Part shown: positions 24,656 to 39,534 of the stretch, piece by piece
Layout of the letters: each line of letters opens with the position of its first letter
Numbering within the stretch: position 1 is the stretch's first letter
Origin: Catajapyx aquilonaris
Taxonomy: Eukaryota
Length of the DNA stretch: 64,000 nt
Direction: 5' to 3'
Assembly: GCA_000934665.2 (NCBI GenBank)
Contig: KZ538259.1
Span: 1-64,000 of the forward strand
The notes under the pieces: model-generated
The model's input: only the letters and a program-made list of their open reading frames with translations
Database searches by the model: none
What the model was told of the DNA's origin: nothing
Position numbers and translations under genes: made by a program

Positions 24656-26196
24656 AATAATGGATACCCCAACCTACAAACTTCAAACTCTCATATTGTG
24701 AAATCATTCCATTGTGATTATGATCATTCGGCAGTTCATGTCTTCATTTTTATTAGTTATGACAATACGTAGGCTATATACTAAACCATAACGATTACTT
24801 TCTCACAAAAGAAACAGTGAAGAATAGTTGACCTTACGAAAGTTTGGTCCCGATTTTCAGAGAGTGAGAGAGAAGTTCGCATTTAGTCAAAAGTTGTAAA
24901 ATGGTAGGATCGAATCCCTACGAATGGTGGCTGACTGAAGGGGGAGAATGGGAAGACCTATACGAGTATATGCTCCCTGCTTTTTCCCTTCTTGAAAGAA
25001 ATTATACTTCATCTTGACGCATGTAAAATGCAGATAAAAATATTCTACCTTCTACACCAGCATATACCTCGGCTTATACCAGAATACAGGTATAGCCGCG
25101 AGATGTGCATTTTCTAACATCTAGTATGACTCTGATCGTTCTGAATATCAGTGCTTCAAATTAAATTCAGCTTAGATAAATTGATAGCACGGAGAGCGTC
25201 CCAACTATAAATGCAGCGCTTTGATCAAATGTGTCTGGCGAAGCAAGGTGATCATATTGACCAGATGAAGCGTCTTCATCTTGTCAGCATGAAAGTAAGT
25301 ACCAATTATTAAATTGCATAACTTTTAATCCATCAATTATCATTATCATTCCCTGCAGCCAAATGCGTGGATAACATCTTTAATTTTATGATTAGCCTGT
25401 TTTGCGATGCCATATTCGACACTTTTAGAGTTGATCAGTTAAATGCGAAATTGATTCCACTTCATGACGTCGGACTAGGTACTTACTGTATGTAAAAATG
25501 AAGATTTCCTTCACTTACTCATAAAGTCACCTCTTACGAGAGTAAAGGTCAACAACCATTACCCACTAACCACTCACAAGCCCCATCATGAAGGTTATTT
25601 AGCTCTACTAGACGTTGTATGTAGTCCTAGGCGTCATATTGACGGTGACATAAAATCGAGCTTAGATTTTTGTAGGCAATATGCAAATCTAGAGAGAAGC
25701 AGAGAGAATTGTAGCACACTGTAGTGTGGTTGAAAAAGTGCACCGGACTCCTGCGGCCAACCAATAAACCCAATGGATTTGTCCTTGCAAATGTATGCGA
25801 CGCTCGCTATTCATCCACCTTTTTTCCCCCCGTCCTGGGTCACCGATTCGATTCCTTCGCGTCAAACCTGGACAGTAGAGGTGGACCATTTCTCTCTACA
25901 CACCAATATATTTAGGCTTATTTTGTCCCCCCCCCCCNCCCCCCACCTAACCAACCCACGTGAAGCATGTCTAATTTACTTACACAAAAGCCTGCAAGAA
26001 ATTTTATAATTTCTCTGGTCGAAATCGACATAGTACAAGTAGGTGCAATCATTAAATTTTAATCGTACTGGGACAAAAGACCGTGCCTTTTAAACTGAGC
26101 CTGAACATGTACGCTGCGGTCTACTAGTGGGTAACAAATGTGTCTAAAACTGAACTACAATGACCGAAATATCGTTCCTAAGCATTTATTACCATA

Positions 26197-26505
26197 CTAG
26201 CTGCGGCACCCGACGTTGCCCGGGAAGAAATGAATGAAAGTAAAACACCTGCCAGTAGCCCCGTCAACTGTCTGTCTTTCTGTGTGTCCGCCCACCAAGG
26301 CCATCTGTGGTCCTGCTACTCCAACACCTTCAACCTCTCCCGCCTGTATAACGGCAACTGTCATTTGCCTGCCATCTGTAGTCAACCCCCAACACCTCCA
26401 TCCTCTCCCGGCCTGGGGGTGGAGCACAGATGGCAGGCAAATGACGGTTGGCAGGCGGACAGACAGACAGACAGACAGACTCACAAACGGTTTTCTTTAT
26501 ATAGA
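26197..26505 (-). mobile_element. Non-autonomous Helitron
   Basis: Minus strand A|TC start, (TGTC)n near the 5' end, subterminal hairpin cccgggcaacgtcggg and CTAG|T end. Internal ~25-bp inverted repeat at ~26355/26426. Confidence 0.85.
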
Positions 26506-28803
26506 TATGGAATAATTATTTCTTTCCAAATTTGCGAAATATTCTTTAAAAGAGCTTCCTAGGTTTCCAATACACCAGAAAAATTCAACATCTACACGCA
26601 TTTAGTTCCTACGATTCTGCCTGTGATTAATAACCCTAATTTGTCCTAATCCAGCCCACCAATACCTTCAAGAACGAACCGGAAGATTTAATAAGCCAAA
26701 TGGAAGCCATTTTATCACCAATTCCAGTCAAAAAAAAAGTCGAGAGAATTGGTTGGGGAAGCCACCCCAACAATGTCTAATGTATCATCATATCAACAAT
26801 CGTTATACATGAGAAACGGAAGTGGCGATCTCTCAACAAGGCGGAAGCTGTCACTCCAGACACGAGATCGATCTCTCCTCCCTCCCCTCCTTCCCTACCC
26901 TTTAAAAAAAATAAAAAATAAATAGTTTAGCTCACCAAGAATCAATCATTTGGGCTCCAACACAATGGCTCTGCAGGAAATCTGGCTCGGTGCAACTGAC
27001 CACATCATGCTCTAGAAGTCTAAGATAATAATTGAGTAGGCCATGAGCAACCCCCCCTTACAACCCACATCCTCCTCTCCCCACACTCTCAAAGCTTGAT
27101 TCAAATCGACTTCAGGCCAGTACTAGTTAAAGAAGCGACAATGGCGGCTCCCCAAGTCGGAGGCGACCACAAAACCGAGAGGATCTTCCAATCGAAAAAA
27201 AGAGGGCCATTTGGACAGGACTGGCGGATTGCCACACGGAAAAAGGTCGGTAGGAATAGAGACGGGGATTATTGTCCACCCCACTACCGCCCACCCATGT
27301 CTCCAAAGAGATGAAATGGAGATTGGACACCAAACCTATCTCTCCAGTCACCTTTTCATGCACACTTTGTTTCACTACGAAATTGGAGAAGAAAAAAAAT
27401 CGGTTCGATAATGATCTGTACAGTCCATAATAAAATTACGTACCTTTAATATTTAACCCAATGTTGGGCGCTCTCAAAGTGAGTTATATTTCCGCTGATC
27501 CCGAGCTAAAACCAGGATTTTTAACGCTGTTGTGTATCGTTATTGGGGTTATCGATTGTCGGTAAGTAATCGGAATTTTTACTGCGCGTCGCAAAGTTCT
27601 AGTGCCAGGAAAGCATCGACTGGTGTCCATCAATTGAATCGATATATGCGTTGATAAGTATTGATTTTGGCCTGCGAGAATGAATGTGAGGGCAGGTGGG
27701 GAATATCGGTGACTTGGAAAGCGGGCTGTTCAAACGGTAGTGTGAAGTCATGCACTTGAAACTAACCAGAACTACCCAACTTTCGTCCATTTCCAACATG
27801 TATAAGGATATCGCGGTCTATTTATCCAAAATTCGGTTACTTCGATCGTTTGGTGTTGATAACCAGTTGAATCAGGCTGGTTGCTAGAGTTGATAGCGCC
27901 CAGGATACGTGTCTCCGACGTTAACTTTGAGTACGGTATAAATGTGTGTCACATTTTTATGACCACAACATTTTGATGCTCTTTAATAGATGGGGCTTTC
28001 CGAGATTCAGCTTGCAGGCAAACAAAGAACAACATAAAAATGCCTAGATCTTTTCCTATCCAGCAGTTTTTATTGCGATGTATATTTAGGGCCCGACAAT
28101 GTATGCCCGGATCAGCTAATTCCATTGGGAATAGAATAATGGATCCCTAAAATCACGGGGGGGTTCAGTTAACTTAGCGGGCTGTAACTTCATACACCAG
28201 AGGATGAACATGAGCCCCTCATTGCAACACTGCCAGGTCTCAGCTTCGTTGCTGATAATACTTGATTTGCTATTTTTACAGCCAAAATAAATGGAGCCAT
28301 GAATAAGTCATCTAAAAATGTGTACTGCCTACCTTTCTCACGCAATGTGTCAAAATGGGTGCCGGAATATTGATTCATGTTAATTCTCTCGTGGCATGAA
28401 TCAAGCCCAATTAGTTTTGATCCAGATCAAAATTAGTGTCCATTCTAGATAAATGCGATAATCGATTTCCTCTCTCGATTTTAGAGAATCCATTTAATTC
28501 ATTCCCAGTTGGGATCCGGTGGTACACCAGAAATCCTTCCGGGACCACGTAAACGAGAGAAATCCACACAACTATAATGCTTGGAATCAGAACAAAGGCG
28601 AGTCCGACCTTCCATTGCATTGTTTACGACAACTACTGAAGTTTAATCGTAGATCTGAATAAATACTTCAAAGCTTATGCAAAAATAAGCCGAATCCTGG
28701 TGCTAGACAGCCATCAGCATTAGTTATTTTCCGATAATCTTTATATTGATAAATGGTTGCATAGAGCCAGAGATACATTTGGTCGGAACATTTTTTGTCA
28801 GAT

Positions 28804-28867
28804 CAGGGAGCATATACTACATATAGTATATAGTATATATAGTATAGCATATAGTATATGCTCCCTG
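28804..28867. mobile_element. 64-bp mini-MITE
   Basis: TIR cagggagcatatacta/tagtatatgctccctg with 7-bp TSD gtcagat. A solitary matching end lies at ~24965-24979. Confidence 0.8.
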
Positions 28868-28880
28868 GTCAGATATACAG

Positions 28881-29038
28881 TAATGTACTATCGGGTTCAA
28901 ATACTTTTGACCACTTTATCCTGGTCTTGAAGCAACCCTTCACACACACACACCCATACTTAACGTGGGGTCTATGCGAAGGGTTGCTTCAAGACCAGGA
29001 TAAAGTGGTCAAAAGTATTTGAACCCGATAGTACATTA
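28881..29038. mobile_element. Palindromic TA-flanked MITE (copy 1)
   Basis: About 60 bp of perfect inverted arms around a short spacer. Confidence 0.9.
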
Positions 29039-31326
29039 TTCTGAGCGCCAAATAATTTATATTACTGAAGTGTTGTTTTTATGTGTTGTATGTTTTTTGC
29101 GACTACATCTGACCTTAAGATTGGTCTGTTTTTCCGGCATATCGAAATGGATTCTGAAACATACGTGAGCGAGATTCGTGAGAAAGATTCATCGTGAGAT
29201 GTTGCCGCAATACAAATAATTCAATAACTGCGATAACGCACACTATGTAACAAATGCGACCATAAATACCTTGACTTGAACGACGTTTATTTTGTCAATA
29301 AGTCTTAGAGAACCATCGATCCGCATCATCTGAATATCAGTCTAGCACCTTTTGGTAACGCCTTGATTTATTAACCAAAGAGCTGAGGGGCCTGAGGAAG
29401 AGAAGGATATATCTTCGCCTTTGATCAATGTTGAGTTTTTCATGGAATCCTCTCAATAAATAAAAAGTTCGCCATTGCTTGGTCGAAGAATCAAATCAAT
29501 TCATAATATTTTAATGATTCAAGCAAGTCTGTGCCAGTAGCAAAGCGAATGGCTTATAAGCAAGGCTCGTCACTCAACTATAGTGTACATTTCATTCATT
29601 GTCATTCTATATTATTATAAACTGACCTTTTTATGTATGAAACTGCATTTTTTTTTAGAAAAACACTCGCACGGGAAATGATAAACTGAATTTAAACCGT
29701 GATGGTCCTCGTCAATCTTTTGGCTCCATCAGCATTAAGAATATTCGTACGGCTCCGATGGACACAGTACAACTTGAATGGACCATCACAGGTCCCTAGA
29801 GCTCCTTCTAATGGAATGGGAAAGTTTATTCACACCTTTCCGCTCACAACTTCACGTATCTCTTGTTCAGACCCTAATGTGTGAATACATTAAGCCTACC
29901 GCAGTATTTGAACATACGTAACGGAATTATGTAACCGCAAGTCTACGTGGTCATACCTCTTTATTTTTAAACCCACTGCTTTTCTATGGGAGCAAAGATG
30001 AGATGATTGGAACTCTCTGTTGCAACACTTGCCCTCGTTATGCCTACTAATGAAATTGAGCATTGTGTGAAGCAACTAGGAAGCTCATTGTATAAGGCGA
30101 ATTCATGTTGTTTTCGCTTCCAAACTATTGTGTCCCTTAATGGTCGGAGATAGATTCTCGCCTCAATGCAGCATTTTTTCTAGCTCCTTTCATATTTATG
30201 CACGAACAATTTAGATTCCAAAATGACTTCACATTACCAATATCTGAAGGGTCGGATTCATTTTTTCCCCCCTCCAGAAGCAAATTTCCTCCCCCCCCCC
30301 TCCTCCCCACAAGTCTCACTAACTTAAAATTCCAATCACGTCTACACTCAACACATCAAAGCCGTGATCAAAAATAAAGCCGTGGCTTAGCCCTTATGTT
30401 CGACACGACTTAACTTCCACAAGATATCGGAGGGGCTCACTAAGCCGCGTTTTTCCGAGCAGTGTCGACATGGTTTGAATCCAGGCCAAGTTTCGAGAAT
30501 GAACAGGCTCTGTGGTTCAGAGAGGAGCAAAATTAGCTGCGAATGACTGATTTCATGCGGGACTCGTGTGTCAAGTGGGAGAGAAGAGGATTGGTTAAGA
30601 GTGTAAGTTCTATTTGCTTTCCCGCAGAATAGGTCATTTTTGTTATAGACGTATAACAGGTGAAATGGATATTTTTTAAATGATCCTAATAAATGTGGAA
30701 ACATATTTATTTCACTTTGAAGAAAGTGGGGAAATGACATTTTCAGCACTTCATTTACCTTCCTTCACTTGAATCTACTGGGCGTGAAAACTTTCCAGCC
30801 GACGCAATTTTGTCGGAATTGGATCGTGTGCGTAAAAATGGCACAAAAAAAATCGCAGCTTATTACAGCAGCTAAGACTTTCCGACCTGGAATGCAGCCT
30901 AGAGAATAATAATGAAACTCCCCCTCTCCCTATCCCCCAGTTCTCTTTCTCCCCCTCGCGTACAATAATTACAGCAAAAAGAATTACGACGACAGCACAA
31001 TTTATATGGCAGGCGAAGCGGAATGAACGGAATGTCTCTGTACCAAGAAGGCCGTGATCCATGAAATTATCAAATTTCAATTTTATCCTCTTTAATTTTC
31101 AAATGAGGGAATGCACTTACGCGACGCTAAAGCCTTCCTTTCCATGCCGCCAAGAAATGCAAACGGACGAGTCATTAGTTAGGATTCAGCCCTGGAAAAT
31201 ATTGTTTATGCATGGAGTATTTGTGACTGGTTTTGAAATTCGAATGGGTTTTCCGCCTCTGCCATTTTTTTTGTTTTTTTTTGAAAATTATTTCTGCCAA
31301 TAAGTTATGAGAATCACATTTTTTTA

Positions 31327-31580
31327 AAATAAAGGCGTTATAAAAAGTACGTTAAAAATAAGGTCCAAAAATACGTTAAAAATAACGTCCAAAAATACGT
31401 TAAAAATAACGTGCAAAAATACGCTATAAAAATCACGCTCAAAAATACGTTATAAAAATAACGTTCAAAAATACGTTAAAAATAACGTTCAAAAATGCGT
31501 TAAAAATAACGTTCAAAAATACGTTATAAAATAACGTCCAAAAATACGTTAAAAATAACGTTCAAAAATATACGTTATAA
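31327..31580. repeat. Minisatellite, ~24-bp unit (aaaaataacgttcaaaaatacgtt)
   Basis: About ten degenerate tandem units, each made of two ~12-bp subunits. Confidence 0.85.
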
Positions 31581-32732
31581 GCAAAAAAAGTTATTAGCAG
31601 AATCAACTAACATCAGCTGTTCTGCTAACGTCACCACACCACCAGCCATTATGGATGCACATAACGTTTGTTACGGGAATTAGACGAGCTCGTTACCAGT
31701 AGTAGTTTACATCATCACGGCTATTCCCCATTTCGCGTGTAAACTTCCCAGTGCAAACAGCACAAAAATTATTTAAAATTAATTCAGCCTTAAAATGGCC
31801 ACTCATTGTTCCTCTTTCCCCCCCNNNNNNNNNNNNNNNNNNNNNNNNNNNNNNNNNNNNNNNNNNNNNNNNNNNNNNNNNNNCCCCCCCTAGAACGTGG
31901 CTGTGGCAGAGCATGGCTGCATTTCCAGTTGGATGTTATCAAACCAAAAACGTGTAATAATAATAATGCGACACCACCCCCCTCCCCTACCCCCAGCCCT
32001 CTCCACCACTAATAGTTAATTTAGCTTCACCCGCATGTTTTAACCTTTCGGGCACAAAAGAGCACTGATTGAATATACTGGCCCAAATTTGGGCCCTGCG
32101 TTGCGCTGCGTTCCACCCAAATGTTTGACGGTTGGAACCACAAGGGGTGCGTCCAAATTGGCAGCCTCATGTATCGCAAGGAAGTATACCCTGAGAAACC
32201 CTTATCCGCCGGTTTGACTTTCAGCATGCCGTCGATAATTTCTCCGAGTCTGTTCGACGCCCCGCCTGTATTGACGCTTCCACATAGGAGGCAAACAGAA
32301 CGCTTTAAATGCGATTAAACGAGCAGTCATGTAAACAGGTCCCTTCAGAAGGAAAGGGGGGGTAAAACGGGGGGGAGGGATCCGAGGAATGGGACCCGAA
32401 AACGCGGAATAATTGAGGAAACGGGGCTTGAGACTCACAAGCGAAACAAAAGCCGCTCCCCAGAAGGATAATTAGTTCCTGCCGATGATAATTATGGTTA
32501 GCTGCTCTACATTTTGCGCTAAAGACGAGGGTGGTAGAGCAAGGGTGCTCTACAGGGACAGGGATTTGATATTATCCTTCCTGGCTAATCCTCTTTTAGG
32601 AGAGGCAAATGGATTTCGAAATAGGCATCGCGTGGACGGAATAGGCCTGCATACAGGGTGTTTCGTGGTGATTCGGATTACCTTCTAAGCAGGAGTTCTC
32701 GGTCTCCACGGGGTTATTTTTTTTCATTTATT

Positions 32733-32849
32733 TACAGTGAAACCTCGATATAACGCTCTTTAATGAACCGCCCAAAAATAGTGTTATATGCGGGAAAATA
32801 CCTCATGGAAATTATCAAGGGACCGGTATATTATCGAGGCTGTACTGTA
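32733..32849. mobile_element. pogo/Tigger-like MITE
   Basis: tacagtgaaacctcgatataa ... tattatcgaggctgtactgta with TA on both sides. Confidence 0.7.
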
Positions 32850-33641
32850 TTTTTATTTTATATTGTGGTCGTACCAGAGAAATGCGCTAACAAGTAGGGC
32901 TTAAGTCAAATTTTGTCGGTTTTGCTCTATCGTCTGTCGAAGTCTTAGTCATAACAATTAACAATGAGCCAGCAAGCCAAGGACTTTCTGTCTTTTACAA
33001 GCATACAAACAAGAAGGTCATATCTTTGTCTACAATCTACACGTAGAACAAGTCTTTTGATCTTATCGTATTTTTCTTGTATGGACATCATTTAATTTAT
33101 TTAATTTCAGGTACCCCGTACGGAGCCTCGACAAGCTGTACCATATTTATTTTTCAAGCTCCTGACACAGAGGATGTTAATCTAGGCTTAAAATGTGAAA
33201 ATCTGGGTTCTTTCCGACCTCGACAGCATGCCTTTTACAGGGGGTCGAACAGCCCAGGCCGATACTCATACGCAATCTCCATTTATATTGTCCCACTTGT
33301 GTACTCGGATTCTGCCGTGCCGCTGCCACCACAAAGCGTTCTGATGCACCTGAATTCATATCAAGCACTTTAACTGCCGGAACTTCGTATGCACGACATG
33401 CTATTCAGACAAGTAGTGCCACTCTTGGTCTGAAAAAAAGACCGCCAATAGGCTAACGGATACCAAATCTACAAAAAAAAAATGGAGTGTGCTTGACTAC
33501 AAATTACAGTGAAGCAGGAGTACTACCACAGTGAGTATGAACTCAATCTTGTCCTGAATCGGATCAAGCACTAATACGAGTAAAAACAAGGAATAATGTC
33601 TGATCAAATGAGAGAATGGTGTTCGAGAAGTCTCATGTGTG

Positions 33642-33929
33642 ACCGAAGCAGTTTGGAGTAGGGGATATGGTGTCCGACTGCTAATCGGGAGGTCCTGGGA
33701 TCAAATCCCAGGACCCGCAACTCTGACTGTGGTTTTCTGTGGTTTCCTACGGTCCTTCCAGGAAAATTCCAGAGTTGCTTCCGTAATTAATAGGCCACAG
33801 CCGCTTCCTTCCATCCCTATCCTATCCCAAAGAGCACAGTAAAAATGACAATCAAAGAGTTCCAGGAAAAACAAACTTCCCCCCTAAAGAGCCGATAGCT
33901 GATAACGGGGTATGAATTATTATATTATT
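33642..33929 (+). mobile_element. SINE family A
   Basis: Family A head, body and hairpin tail. 14-bp TSD aagtctcatgtgtg at 33628 and 33930. Confidence 0.9.
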
Positions 33930-35050
33930 AAGTCTCATGTGTGTAAAAAAATATCACCTGAATTAGTATCGGATAAAGCACCTACTTTCAGCCATTTGCA
34001 AAAATGTGGACACCTACCGGCCATTTCAGTAAGTGACCATGCAGTTAGTGGGTGGTTTATTCCACCACTAATCCAAGACTCGACATCTACTGGAAAGATT
34101 TGTCCCGACTCAGAGTTGGCTGGTGACAGCTACGTTCAAACAAAGTTTTCCCAGCTCCTCTTGAAGGCTCATTAGCATCCTCGACATTGTTTCCCCACGT
34201 CTGGGCGTTTCCACTTCTCTCAGCACTTGGCCACATCAATCACTACAATTGTTTGCAGAATATCTCTCACTCTCAACCAGTGAGAGACTCCAAAGCGTCA
34301 TTTCCTTGCTTCAGATTTCCCTGAGCGAGACATGTGCCCTACCATCTCTTCACTCTCTATATATATTTTTTTTACTCCCAGTCCCTTCCTTCTCGGTGAA
34401 AAGTGTCGGAATGTCACACGAATTTAGGGTCCGAGATTCTCGGAGGCGGAAAACGTGGTGGCAACGCTGTGGGAAAGATATCCAGAAGCCATCTGCTTGA
34501 TCGACAGGGCGCGGCCTCCGTTGTTTCAGCCGAGATGGATGATGGGAGGGGTTCCTTGAATGGCAGCCAGAAGGACTGGCTAAGAAAGACCAATGATGGG
34601 AACATCTTTCCTTCTACATAAAGATTTTTTTTTCCGGCTCACTTCGACGGTTGGGGGTTGGAGAGGTACGTGGTGACACATTCATTCAGTATGTCATTCG
34701 CGATCTGTTCTCTATGCAAACACGTTTGGGTTTGTAGTGGAAATGAGAGAGGAAAAAAGTGGCATATCCAGTAGGAATGAAAAAAAAAGGACTGGAGGGC
34801 AATGCCCCAGTAAGGCCAATTTACCAGAGCTTATGTGTGACTGACACTGTTGGTTTTCTGCATTAATTGGGCTTGCACATATCGTTCGTACATGATTGTG
34901 ACATGATATTTTTAAGGTCGGAAGTTCATTTTATAATTTAGTTGATTGCAATATGACATGTGATGACAAACCATGCCAGTGGTTATGTTCAGCGATAATG
35001 TCATGTTGCGAATCACAGCATGAATTAGACTGATATATCCTGCGCACGTG

Positions 35051-35051
<1 letters not shown>

Positions 35052-35135
<84 letters not shown>
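35052..35135. repeat. (AAT)n microsatellite
   Basis: Direct reading of the sequence. Confidence 0.95.
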
Positions 35136-35137
<2 letters not shown>

Positions 35138-35434
35138 CGAAGCAGTGGTAGCGGAGGGGATATGGTATCCGACTGCTAATAGGGAGGTCCTGGGTTCGAA
35201 TCCCGGTGGCCGCCGACCCTGACCGTGGTTTTCTGTGGTTTCCCATGGTCTCACCAGGAAAATTCCCGGGTCGTGTCCGTAATTATAGGCCACAGCCGCT
35301 TCCTTCCGTCCCTATCCCATCCCCATATACGAGAAGTAAATACGAAAGGAAGAGTTCCATATAAAAAATATATGGTGGTATCCCACCCCCCTCAGAGGGC
35401 CCATGGCTCTAGCACGGGGTACAAATTATATATA
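35136..35434 (+). mobile_element. SINE family A inserted in (AAT)n
   Basis: Intact head, body and hairpin tail. Near-identical to the 55426 copy. Confidence 0.9.
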
Positions 35435-35548
<114 letters not shown>

Positions 35549-35579
35549 ACATTTCACATTGAAAGTATGACTGTATTAT

Positions 35580-36002
35580 TTTTTATTTATCTTATTTATT
35601 TTACCCCGTAATAGGCCTACATGGGCCCTGTTGCTTGTATTTTTCTTTCTTTCCTCCAGTGCAAGGGAACAGGATAGGGATAATGAGGGGGGGGGGGCAC
35701 TGGTGCAGGTGCAATGTCTCAAGTTGGGGGTCGTGTGCAGTCCCCCAGGGGGTCAGGTTGCAAGACAACCCCCTAGGTGCGGATCAGAAACCCACCGACA
35801 CCGCACCTCCTCATGGACGGGACAAGGATAGGAAAGAATCGGCTGTGGCCTATTATTTAGGAACCAATCCCGGAATTCTCTTGGGTGGACCGTAGGAAAC
35901 CACAGAAAACAACTGTTAGGATTGCCGGCCCCGGGACTCGAACCCAGGACCTTCCGATTAGCAGTCGGACACCTTATCCACTCCACCACTACTGCTTCGG
36001 TT
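35580..36002 (-). mobile_element. SINE family A long form
   Basis: Head, body, structured module and truncated tail hairpin. 16-bp TSD agtatgactgtattat at 35564 and 36003. Confidence 0.9.
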
Positions 36003-37217
36003 AGTATGACTGTATTATACAGCATTGTGTAACGATTCACACTATTCTTTATGATTGCCTCCATGAACATAACAATGCCATGAGTGTTTGAGTTCATTTT
36101 ACCTCAACCCAAAAATGGCCCGTTTCTGTGGTGAGTAGACTGAATCATATAGGAACATGAACACAATCACCGAGTAATTTATGCAGTAAGTCCCCCTCCA
36201 CTAATTGTTCCGCCAACATTGCGTGTCATAATTACTGTAGAACGAGGCGACGAGAGATCTGAAAATGGTCCGGAATTTATAGTTCCTAACTGGTCATCCA
36301 CGTACTTGGTGACGGCCAATCAAACACACACGAGGCTCCCAGAAAATGCAATTACGATGTACTGTACACCCTCACCATATGGAAAAAATTACACTTAAGA
36401 TCCAGCAGCACCCACAAAATTTGACCCCACGACGTAATTATTCATCATCGAAAATTTTCCCTCCGAAAAAGTTGGGAAGCATGTCCTGGGGCCTGAAACG
36501 AGAGTGTTTCTTGGCGGATATGAAAAATGAGCGGTGGTTTTGGTTGGATGGGAGGTTGTGGGTTTCTGGGTCGGATTCCTGACCCCCAGAGGCAAGATTC
36601 GTTTTTCAAAGCCTGGAAATTGGTGGAGGGTGAAAGTGCACACATATGCACAAGACAGGTCCAGGATCAACCCAAGCATAATCTTGAAGCGCGATCAAAC
36701 GGTCACTTGGAACACATGTCATTTCCTACAGGGTGTAACCCCCACAAGCCTTTATGGAGCTCAGGAACATATATATTCCTAGACTTCCCCAAGAGCTGGT
36801 TTTACGAGGCATCAACATCTCGTTAGCAGTGGCGAATGAAATCCCATTGAGGAAGCCAAGATTTATGACGGCTCATGCTTGGGATATCAGGCTTAAGAGG
36901 GCGCTTATGCTCCATCATCATGCACGACCCTTCTTCAGCTCCCTGCACTTTTGTCCCCCTCCTTTGCGTTTCCGTCAAACTAGGGTTCGAGGTATATCTA
37001 AGGAGGTTTTTTTTAGAAGGTGGAGGATGGGATTTTATCAGCTATTTTTGGGCGGGTATTAACCTAGGAGCGCCCGAACTGTCGTGTGCAAAATGCGAAT
37101 GTGTGGCCATCGCTGGGGGTAGGACCACTGTAGGACTTGATGACAAAATGCCTATCAGAATGTAGCCACAATGTTTAGCAGCATGGTGGACCGGTGCGAC
37201 ATATTGTTAGGAGCTGA

Positions 37218-37367
37218 TGTACTATGGGGCTCAAATTGTTTTGGCCACTTTATACTGGTCTTGAAGCAACCCTTCACACAGACTCACTTGCTCACAGTGG
37301 GACCTGTGCGAAGGGTTGCTTCAAGACCAGGATAAAGTGGCCAAAACAATTTGAGCCCCAGAGTACA
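37218..37367. mobile_element. Palindromic TA-flanked MITE (copy 2, same family as 28881)
   Basis: Shares ccactttat(a/c)ctggtcttgaagcaacccttc arms with copy 1. Confidence 0.9.
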
Positions 37368-38801
37368 ACCAGGAAAAATTGAGGTTCAAATATCCGGACC
37401 TGCAGATGTGCAATTAAGTAGTTGGACGTTAATTATAATCCATAATGACACTGTATGTAATGTAGGTCTGAATTTTTTTAAATATGTCGCCCCATCCAAG
37501 GATATGAGGGGAGTATGCTTTGTGTAAAGTGTAAAGTTATATCGTTCTGGTTAGTTACCCCGCCGTTAATGCCCACAAAGTTGAGCTTGAGGGCAGTACA
37601 CATTAGCCTGGACATCTTCTCGCCAACACTAGGTCTTTGCCTGTATCCTCGTTGCATAGACACGAAAGGAACCAATTTTCCATAGTTGGCCGCTTTTGAA
37701 TTAATTTCTCCCCGCATTTGAGAGTGTTGGTGGTTATAATTTGAACATTTCCGCCGATTTTAGAAAGCCGTGACAAGAAGACTGTCTAATTAAATTATAC
37801 CATATAGTCTTGCATCTCACAGAGGAAAAGGTCGTCGTTGGTTATCAGGTTGTTGAATTTCTGAAACATGTCCCTCAGGATGTTTGATCTCTACCGACCT
37901 TGTTCAAATCATGGCTTAGCTATAAATTTAAAATATAGCCCTATTTAAATAATTACCCAAGTCCTCTTACACAAGTGCAGGCACTGCATTTAATTATACA
38001 TTGTACTGCATATTTACCTTCGAGTATACAGCGCGTGCACAGAATATTCAACATCCCTGTAGATAAAACCAAAGTATTAGTCTGTAATTTGAGGAAGTTG
38101 TAAAGGCCTGTGGCTACGTAGACCTATATATTATAGTTGGCTAACTTGCCTACTACTTCATGCCAAGGCAGATATAACTTTTGGAGTGACCCTTCTGCGC
38201 AGTAGTTTTGAGTCTTTGCGGACAACCTGTTGGATTTGCGTCTTATACAGGGCTTCTGTGCGGATTTCCTGAACCAGAGGTTTCATTATCCGGTGGACAT
38301 CCGGAAACGCAGATAAGGCCAGTACAAAAAAAATATCTATTGTTTCACTTGACACCTTGCCTAAATATAAAGCAGCTCCTAAGTGCTCTGGTATTATTTC
38401 TTTATGCTGTCCTCCATATGGATCAGGCTAGTAGGCATGCGGACTGCATGGTATCATTGTGTAAACAAGTTGTGACCTTGCATAATTAGAGTACCGGTAT
38501 GTAGTGTATTGATTTGAAATAATTTCAAGCAGTCGAAAATATTTTCTGAAGTAGTTTTCGACTGAATTTGAAATATATTTGACTTTAACAGTCCCTTGAA
38601 ATTGGAATTGACACCCTCCTAAAAACTCAGTTTTATTTTTGCTCCATTATAATATTAATTTTTAAAGGTCCGATTGCACCACCTCCAGGAAAGTTTTCTG
38701 GCCCTTTTCCATCCGGAATATTTTCCTGAAGGCCAAGCAGCCGGACGTTAAGAGTGTAAATAGATGATCATTTTTGAATATATCTTTATAATTATGTAAT
38801 A

Positions 38802-38884
38802 AATTTGTATGAATTTTTATCGAATTGAATTTGAATTTGTATGAATTTTTATCGAATTGAATTTGAATTTGTATGAATTTTTAT
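38802..38884. repeat. Tandem duplication, ~32-bp unit x2.5
   Basis: aatttgtatgaatttttatcgaattgaatttg is repeated. Confidence 0.8.
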
Positions 38885-39534
38885 GTCATCATTCGTGGTG
38901 GTGGAAAAACTCCCCCTTACTCTGCTGGACTCTTCTGGACCTATATCTGTTGCCATCATTCCCAATGTTGCTAAACGTAAAACCAATATTATATCCTCAA
39001 GTCTCGGTCACGACCATGTCTAAGAAAGACACAGCAACATTTTCACCAAGTTCTATCTAGCACCGGCCACTTGACCTCTTTTTATCAGTGATGTCTGAGC
39101 AATCTGAAAACGCCTGAACTTCATGCTCACCCCGAAGCAATTCCTCAATGATCTGCAAAATACAATGAAGGCGGCAGCCGTGAAGCCAAATAAAAAGGAT
39201 AAAAGGATTCCCTGAGGCCAGATGGGAATGAATGGAATTTCCATTCCCCGTGTTGGATTACAAACTATTCAGGCTAATGGCTTGGGCGCTGGCATTAGAA
39301 AACCGCACATCCACCGCCACGTTTCAGCCAAGCAGATTTTAGGCGGCGAATAATGGCCGATAATTGACTTTAGGCCTGAATTGACGTCACTTCTTAGGGC
39401 GAGCTCTCATTGTTTGACATCAATCACCTGTCTCATTGCATCTGCCACGGCCTCTCAAAGAGGTTGGGGGGGGGGGNGATTTGAAAATAGGGGGGGATGG
39501 ATTATGGGCAGGATATGTTTATATGAGGGGACAA

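Noticed and set aside
31327..31580. CRISPR-like regular repeat
   Set aside because: There are no unique spacers; it is a plain tandem minisatellite in eukaryotic DNA.
35800..35845. HDV-like ribozyme motif (ACC-TCCTCAT-GG) on the antisense strand of the SINE module
   Set aside because: It resembles P3/L3, but there is no convincing P1, no GG directly after P1, no P4 and no catalytic C before the putative P2 3' strand.
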